64,000 nucleotides of DNA from Auanema rhodensis. Lineage: Eukaryota; Animalia; Nematoda. The stretch is taken from the NCBI GenBank assembly GCA_964057225.1, contig OZ059894.1, positions 1,736,001 through 1,800,000 of the forward strand. Direction: 5' to 3'. The position numbers and the translations under genes are program-made. Shown here in pieces: positions 56,162 to 64,000 of this stretch. Within the stretch, counting starts at the first letter, position 1. Each line of letters starts with the position of its first letter. The notes below the pieces were generated by a model, which saw nothing but the letters and a program-made list of their open reading frames with translations, made no database searches and was not told the origin of the DNA.

Positions 56162-59100
56162 GCATTAGTGTATGTTGAGTTTCCATGTACACTCAACATA
56201 GCTTCCAAAAACATTTTGACAAAAATTTTTTCGAAAAATTTCAAAATAATTTAGCAGAAAGTAGATGTTTTTAGATTCCTTTTTTTAAGGCAAAGACGAT
56301 GGACAATGTTATTCAACGAAAAAATTAATTCTTCAGGGTGAAAATCGAGGATATAAGTGTGAACTTATATCAGTTGATATCTCGGTGCATTTTTAAGCTA
56401 GCGCAAATCTGATAACACAGATCGACGCAGCTTGAAAATCCGCATCGAATGCACTATACTACATTGAGAAACGCTTAATACAAAAATTAGTTATGATCGT
56501 TTGAAAAATGATGCATTAGTTTATGTTGAGTTTCCATGTACACTCAACATTGCTTCCAAAAACATTTTGACAAAAATTTTTTCGAAAAATTTCAAAATAA
56601 TTTAGCAAAAAGTAGATGTTTTTAGATTCCTTTTTTCAAGGCGAAGACGATGGACATTGTTATTCAACGAAAAAATTAATTCTTCAGGGTGAAAATCGAG
56701 GATATAAGTGTGAACTTATATCAGTTGATATCTCGGTGCATTTTTAAGCTAGCGCAAATCTGATAACACAGATCGACGCAGCTTGAAAATCCGCATCGAA
56801 TGCACTATACTACTTTGAGAAACGCTTAATACAAAAATTAGTTATGATCGTTTGAAAAATGATGCATTAGTGTATGTTGAGTTTCCATGTACACTCAACA
56901 TTGCTTCCAAAAACATTTTGACAAAAATTTTTTCGAAAAATTTCAAAATAATTTAGCAAAAAGTAGATGTTTTTAGATTTCTTTTTTCAAGGCAAAGACG
57001 ATGGACAATGTTATTCAACGAAAAAATTAATTCTTCAGGGTGAAAATCGAGGATATAAGTGTGAACTTATATCAGTTGATATCTCGGTGCATTTTTAAGC
57101 TAGCGCAAATCTGATAACACAGATCGACGCAGCTTGAAAATCCGCATCGAATGCACTATACTACATTGAGGAACGCTTAATACAAAAATTAGTTATGATC
57201 GTTTGAAAAATGATGCATTAGTGTATGTTGAGTTTCCATGTACACTCAACATTGCTTCCAAAAACATTTTGACAAAAATTTTTTCGAAAAATTTCAAAAT
57301 AATTTAGCAAAAAGTAGATGTTTTTAGATTCCTTTTTTCAAGGCAAAGACGATGGACAATGTTATTCAACGAAAAAATTAATTCTTCAGGGTGAAAATCG
57401 AGGATATAAGTGTGAACTTATATCAGTTGATATCTCGGTGCATTTTTAAGCTAGCGCAAATCTGATAACACAGATCGACGCAGCTTGAAAATCCGCATCG
57501 AATGCACTATACTACATTGAGAAACGCTTAATACAAAAATTAGTTATGATCGTTTGAAAAATGATGCATTAGTGTATGTTGAGTTTCCATGTACACTCAA
57601 CATTGCTTCCAAAAACATTTTGACAAAAATTTTTTCGAAAAATTTCAAATTAATTTAGCAGAAAGTATATGTTTTTAGATTCCTTTTTTCAAGGCAAAGA
57701 CGATGGACAATGTTATTCAACGAAAAAATTAATTCTTCAGGGTGAAAATCGAGGATATAAGTGTGAACTTATATCAGTTGATATCTCGGTGCATTTTTAA
57801 GCTAGCGCAAATCTGATAACACAGATCGACGCAGCTTGAAAATCCGCATCGAATGCACTATACTACTTTGAGAAACGCTTAATACAAAAATTAGTTATGA
57901 TCGTTTGAAAAATGATGCATTAGTGTATGTTGAGTTTCCATGTACACTCAACATTGCTTCCAAAAACATTTTGACAAAAATTTTTTCGAAAAATTTCAAA
58001 TTAATTTAGCAGAAAGTATATGTTTTTAGATTCCTTTTTTCAAGGCAAAGACGATGGACAATGTTATTCAACGAAAAAATTAATTCTTCAGGGTGAAAAT
58101 CGAGGATATAAGTGTGAACTTATATCAGTTGATATCTCGGTGCATTTTTAAGCTAGCGCAAATCTGATAACACAGATCGACGCAGCTTGAAAATCCGCAT
58201 CGAATGCACTATACTACATTGAGGAACGCTTAATACAAAAATTAGTTATGATCGTTTGAAAAATGATGCATTAGTGTATGTTGAGTTTCCATGTACACTC
58301 AACATAGCTTCCAAAAACATTTTGACAAAAATTTTTTCGAAAAATTTCAAAATAATTTAGCAGAAAGTAGATGTTTTTAGATTCCTTTTTTTAAGGCAAA
58401 GACGATGGACAATGTTATTCAACGAAAAAATTAATTCTTCAGGGTGAAAATCGAGGATATAAGTGTGAACTTATATCAGTTGATATCTCGGTGCATTTTT
58501 AAGCTAGCGCAAATCTGATAACACAGATCGACGCAGCTTGAAAATCCGCATCGAATGCACTATACTACATTGAGAAACGCTTAATACAAAAATTAGTTAT
58601 GATCGTTTGAAAAATGATGCATTAGTTTATGTTGAGTTTCCATGTACACTCAACATTGCTTCCAAAAACATTTTGACAAAAATTTTTTCGAAAAATTTCA
58701 AAATAATTTAGCAAAAAGTAGATGTTTTTAGATTCCTTTTTTCAAGGCGAAGACGATGGACATTGTTATTCAACGAAAAAATTAATTCTTCAGGGTGAAA
58801 ATCGAGGATATAAGTGTGAACTTATATCAGTTGATATCTCGGTGCATTTTTAAGCTAGCGCAAATCTGATAACACAGATCGACGCAGCTTGAAAATCCGC
58901 ATCGAATGCACTATACTACTTTGAGAAACGCTTAATACAAAAATTAGTTATGATCGTTTGAAAAATGATGCATTAGTGTATGTTGAGTTTCCATGTACAC
59001 TCAACATTGCTTCCAAAAACATTTTGACAAAAATTTTTTCGAAAAATTTCAAAATAATTTAGCAAAAAGTAGATGTTTTTAGATTTCTTTTTTCAAGGCA

Positions 59101-59320
59101 AAGACGATGGACAATGTTATTCAACGAAAAAATTAATTCTTCAGGGTGAAAATCGAGGATATAAGTGTGAACTTATATCAGTTGATATCTCGGTGCATTT
59201 TTAAGCTAGCGCAAATCTGATAACACAGATCGACGCAGCTTGAAAATCCGCATCGAATGCACTATACTACATTGAGAAACGCTTAATACAAAAATTAGTT
59301 ATGATCGTTTGAAAAATGAT
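56162..59320. repeat. 6-monomer (2106-bp) offset duplication, M161-163 approx. M167-169
   Basis: A private haplotype (G9T, GGCGAAG, GACATT) occurs at 56521 and 58627. Confidence 0.8.
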
Positions 59321-62300
59321 GCATTAGTGTATGTTGAGTTTCCATGTACACTCAACATTGCTTCCAAAAACATTTTGACAAAAATTTTTTCGAAAAATTT
59401 CAAATTAATTTAGCAGAAAGTATATGTTTTTAGATTCCTTTTTTCAAGGCAAAGACGATGGACAATGTTATTCAACGAAAAAATTAATTCTTCAGGGTGA
59501 AAATCGAGGATATAAGTGTGAACTTATATCAGTTGATATCTCGGTGCATTTTTAAGCTAGCGCAAATCTGATAACACAGATCGACGCAGCTTAAAAATCC
59601 GCATCGAATGCACTATACTACATTGAGGAACGCTTAATACAAAAATTAGTTATGATCGTTTGAAAAATGATGCATTAGTGTATGTTGAGTTTCCATGTAC
59701 ACTCAACATTGCTTCCAAAAACATTTTGACAAAAATTTTTTCGAAAAATTTCAAAATAATTTAGCAAAATGTAGATGTTTTTAGATTTCTTTTTTCAAGG
59801 CAAAGACGATGGACAATGTTATTCAACGGAAAAATTAATTCTTCAGGGTGAAAATCGGGGATATAAGTGTGAACTTATATCAGTTGATATCTCGGTGCAT
59901 TTTTAAGCTAGCGCAAATCTGATAACACAGATCGACGCAGCTTGAAAGTCCGCATCGAATGCACTATACTACTTTGAGAAACGCTTAATACAAAAATTAG
60001 TTATGATCGTTTGAAAAATGATGCATTAGTGTATGTTGAGTTTCCATGTACACTCAACATTGCTTCCAAAAACATTTTGACAAAAATTTTTTCGAAAAAT
60101 TTCAAAATAATTTAGCAAAAAGTAGATGTTTTTAGATTCCTTTTTTCAAGGCAAAGACGATGGACAATGTTATTCAACGAAAAAATTAATTCTTCAGGGT
60201 GAAAATCGAGGATATAAGTGTGAACTTATATCAGTTGATATCTCGGTGCATTGTTAAGCTAGCGCAAATCTGATAACACAGATCGACGCAGCTTGAAAAT
60301 CCGCATCGAATGCACTATACTACATTGAGAAACGCTTAATACAAAAATTAGTTATGATCGTTTGAAAAATGATGCATTAGTGTATGTTGAGTTTCCATGT
60401 ACACTCAACATTGCTTCCAAAAACATTTTGACAAAAATTTTTTCGAAAAATTTCAAATTAATTTAGCAGAAAGTATATGTTTTTAGATTCCTTTTTTCAA
60501 GGCAAAGACGATGGACAATGTTATTCAACGGAAAAATTAATTCTTCAGGGTGAAAATCGGGGATATAAGTGTGAACTTATATCAGTTGATATCTCGGTGC
60601 ATTTTTAAGCTAGCGCAAATCTGATAACACAGATCGACGCAGCTTGAAAATCCGCATCGAATGCACTATACTACTTTGAGAAACGCTTAATACAAAAATT
60701 AGTTATGATCGTTTGAAAAATGATGCATTAGTGTATGTTGAGTTTCCATGTACACTCAACATTGCTTCCAAAAACATTTTGACAAAAATTTTTTCGAAAA
60801 ATTTCAAATTAATTTAGCAGAAAGTATATGTTTTTAGATTCCTTTTTTCAAGGCAAAGACGATGGACAATGTTATTCAACGAAAAAATTAATTCTTCAGG
60901 GTGAAAATCGAGGATATAAGTGTGAACTTATATCAGTTGATATCTCGGTGCATTTTTAAGCTAGCGCAAATCTGATAACACAGATCGACGCAGCTTGAAA
61001 ATCCGCATCGAATGCACTATACTACTTTGAGAAACGCTTAATACAAAAATTAGTTATGATCGTTTGAAAAATGATGCATTAGTGTATGTTGAGTTTCCAT
61101 GTACACTCAACATTGCTTCCAAAAACATTTTGACAAAAATTTTTTCGAAAAATTTCAAATTAATTTAGCAGAAAGTATATGTTTTTAGATTCCTTTTTTC
61201 AAGGCAAAGACGATGGACAATGTTATTCAACGAAAAAATTAATTCTTCAGGGTGAAAATCGAGGATATAAGTGTGAACTTATATCAGATGATATCTCGGT
61301 GCATTTTTAAGCTAGCGCAAATCTGATAACACAGATCGACGCAGCTTGAAAATCCGCATCGAATGCACTATACTACATTGAGGAACGCTTAATACAAAAA
61401 TTAGTTATGATCGTTTGAAAAATGATGCATTAGTGTATGTTGAGTTTCCATGTACACTCAACATAGCTTCCAAAAACATTTTGACAAAAATTTTTTCGAA
61501 AAATTTCAAAATAATTTAGCAGAAAGTAGATGTTTTTAGATTCCTTTTTTTAAGGCAAAGACGATGGACAATGTTATTCAACGAAAAAATTAATTCTTCA
61601 GGGTGAAAATCGAGGATATAAGTGTGAACATATATCAGTTGATATCTCGGTGCATTTTTAAGCTAGCGCAAATCTGATAACACAGATCGACGCAGCTTGA
61701 AAATCCGCATCGAATGCACTATACTACTTTGAGAAACGCTTAATACAAAAATCAGTTATGATCGTTTGAAAAATGATGCATTAGTGTATGTTGAGTTTCC
61801 ATGTACACTCAACATTGCTTCCAAAAACATTTTGACAAAAATTTTTTCGAAAAATTTCAAGATAATTTAGCAAAAAGTAGATGTTTTTAGATTCCTTTTT
61901 TCAAGGCGAAGACGATGGACAATGTTATTCAACGAAAAAATTAATTCTTCAGGGTGAAAATCGAGGATATAAGTGTGAACTTATATCAGTTGATATCTCG
62001 GTGCATTTTTAAGCTAGCGCAAATCTGATAACACAGATCGACGCAGCTTGAAAATCCGCATCGAATGCACTATACTACTTTGAGAAACGCTTAATACAAA
62101 AATTAGTTATGATCGTTTGAAAAATGATGCATTAGTGTATGTTGAGTTTCCATGTACACTCAACATAGCTTCCAAAAACATTTTGACAAAATTTTTTTCG
62201 AAAAATTTCAAAATAATTTAGCAGAAAGTAGATGTTTTTAGATTCCTTTTTTCAAGGCAAAGACGATGGACAATGTTATTCAACGAAAAAATTAATTCTT

Positions 62301-64000
62301 CAGGGTGAAAATCGAGGATATAAGTGTGAACTTATATCAGTTGATATCTCGGTGCATTTTTAAGCTAGCGCAAATCTGATAACACAGATCGACGCAGCTT
62401 GAAAATCCGCATCGAATGCACTATACTACATTGAGAAACGCTTAATACAAAAATTAGTTATGATCGTTTGAAAAATGATGCATTAGTGTATGTTGAGTTT
62501 CCACGTACACTCAACATTGCTTCCAAAAACATTTTGACAAAAATTTTTTCGAAAAATTTCAAATTAATTTAGCAGAAAGTATATGTTTTTAGATTTCTTT
62601 TTTCAAGGCAAAGACGATGGACAATGTTATTCAACGAAAAAATTAATTCTTCAGGGTGAAAATCGAGGATATAAGTGTGAACTTATATCAGATGATATCT
62701 CGGTGCATTTTTAAGCTAGCGCAAATCTGATAACACAGATCGACGCAGCTTGAAAATCCGCATCGAATGCACTATACTACATTGAGGAACGCTTAATACA
62801 AAAATTAGTTATGATCGTTTGAAAAATGATGCATTAGTGTATGTTGAGTTTCCATGTACACTCAACATAGCTTCCAAAAACATTTTGACAAAAATTTTTT
62901 CGAAAAATTTCAAAATAATTTAGCAGAAAGTAGATGTTTTTAGATTCCTTTTTTTAAGGCAAAGACGATGGACAATGTTATTCAACGAAAAAATTAATTC
63001 TTCAGGGTGAAAATCGAGGATATAAGTGTGAACATATATCAGTTGATATCTCGGTGCATTTTTAAGCTAGCGCAAATCTGATAACACAGATCGACGCAGC
63101 TTGAAAATCCGCATCGAATGCACTATACTACTTTGAGAAACGCTTAATACAAAAATCAGTTATGATCGTTTGAAAAATGATGCATTAGTGTATGTTGAGT
63201 TTCCATGTACACTCAACATTGCTTCCAAAAACATTTTGACAAAAATTTTTTCGAAAAATTTCAAGATAATTTAGCAAAAAGTAGATGTTTTTAGATTCCT
63301 TTTTTTAAGGCGAAGACGATGGACAATGTTATTCAACGAAAAAATTAATTCTTCAGGGTGAAAATCGAGGATATAAGTGTGAACTTATATCAGTTGATAT
63401 CTCGGTGCATTTTTAAGCTAGCGCAAATCTGATAACACAGATCGACGCAGCTTGAAAATCCGCATCGAATGCACTATACTACATTGAGAAACGCTTAATA
63501 CAAAAATTAGTTATGATCGTTTGAAAAATGATGCATTAGTGTATGTTGAGTTTCCATGTACACTCAACATAGCTTCCAAAAACATTTTGACAAAAATTTT
63601 TTCGAAAAATTTCAAAATAATTTAGCAGAAAGTAGATGTTTTTAGATTCCTTTTTTTAAGGCAAAGACGATGGACAATGTTATTCAACGAAAAAATTAAT
63701 TCTTCAGGGTGAAAATCGAGGATATAAGTGTGAACATATATCAGTTGATATCTCGGTGCATTTTTAAGCTAGCGCAAATCTGATAACACAGATCGACGCA
63801 GCTTGAAAATCCGCATCGAATGCACTATACTACTTTGAGAAACGCTTAATACAAAAATCAGTTATGATCGTTTGAAAAATGATGCATTAGTGTATGTTGA
63901 GTTTCCATGTACACTCAACATTGCTTCCAAAAACATTTTGACAAAAATTTTTTCGAAAAATTTCAAGATAATTTAGCAAAAAGTAGATGTTTTTAGATTC

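Larger units (their letters stand above)
1..64000. repeat. Satellite DNA array, 351-bp monomer, about 182.3 head-to-tail copies, running off both window ends
   Basis: GCATTAGTGTATGTTGAG recurs at 1, 352, 703 ... 7021 (20x351+1), 14041, 21061; the phase shifts +2 after 24735 and -1 after 48914; the last copy starts at 63884. All copies are in the same orientation with no spacer or unique sequence. Confidence 0.99.

Noticed and set aside
1-64000. CRISPR array or other repeat-spacer system
   Set aside because: Palindromic segments are separated by near-invariant sequence, not unique spacers; there are no cas genes or leader.
1-64000. SNV pattern as a programmed code or diversity-generating cassette system
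   Set aside because: The variant order is explained by block duplications and crossovers; there is no coding target, recombinase or reverse transcriptase in the window.
1-64000. Rolling-circle or concatemer sequencing artefact of a small circle
   Set aside because: Heritable, position-restricted haplotypes and nested duplications imply real evolutionary history rather than repeated reading of one template, although local copy numbers could still be misassembled.

Overview
The whole 64,000-bp window is one uninterrupted head-to-tail tandem array of a 351-bp, AT-rich (about 32% GC, hand-counted on monomer 1) satellite monomer: 182 complete copies plus 117 bp of a 183rd. Copies differ by only a few substitutions. 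I saw no genes, RNA genes, transposon insertions, CRISPR spacers or inversions, and all six reading frames of the monomer contain stops. It looks like eukaryotic heterochromatic or possibly centromeric satellite DNA; I cannot name the family or organism. The information lies at two levels. (1) The monomer is dense in dyad symmetry: three stem-loops, including a 67-bp compound hairpin whose commonest polymorphism is wobble-compatible and for which one compensatory variant exists, plus clustered A/T tracts. (2) Reading diagnostic SNVs monomer by monomer reveals a patchwork of local, nested higher-order repeats (2-, 4-, 5-, 6-, 8-, 12- and 17-monomer periods), chimeric monomers marking crossover points, a left-to-right turnover of variants, and only two indels. 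I found no protein-coding 'novel system'. The best leads are a structured (cruciform or RNA-hairpin) satellite and a record of higher-order repeat formation. Monomer n (Mn) starts at 351(n-1)+1, +2 from M72 and +1 from M141. 'Pos' means position within the monomer, phased on base 1. All SNV typing was done by eye.
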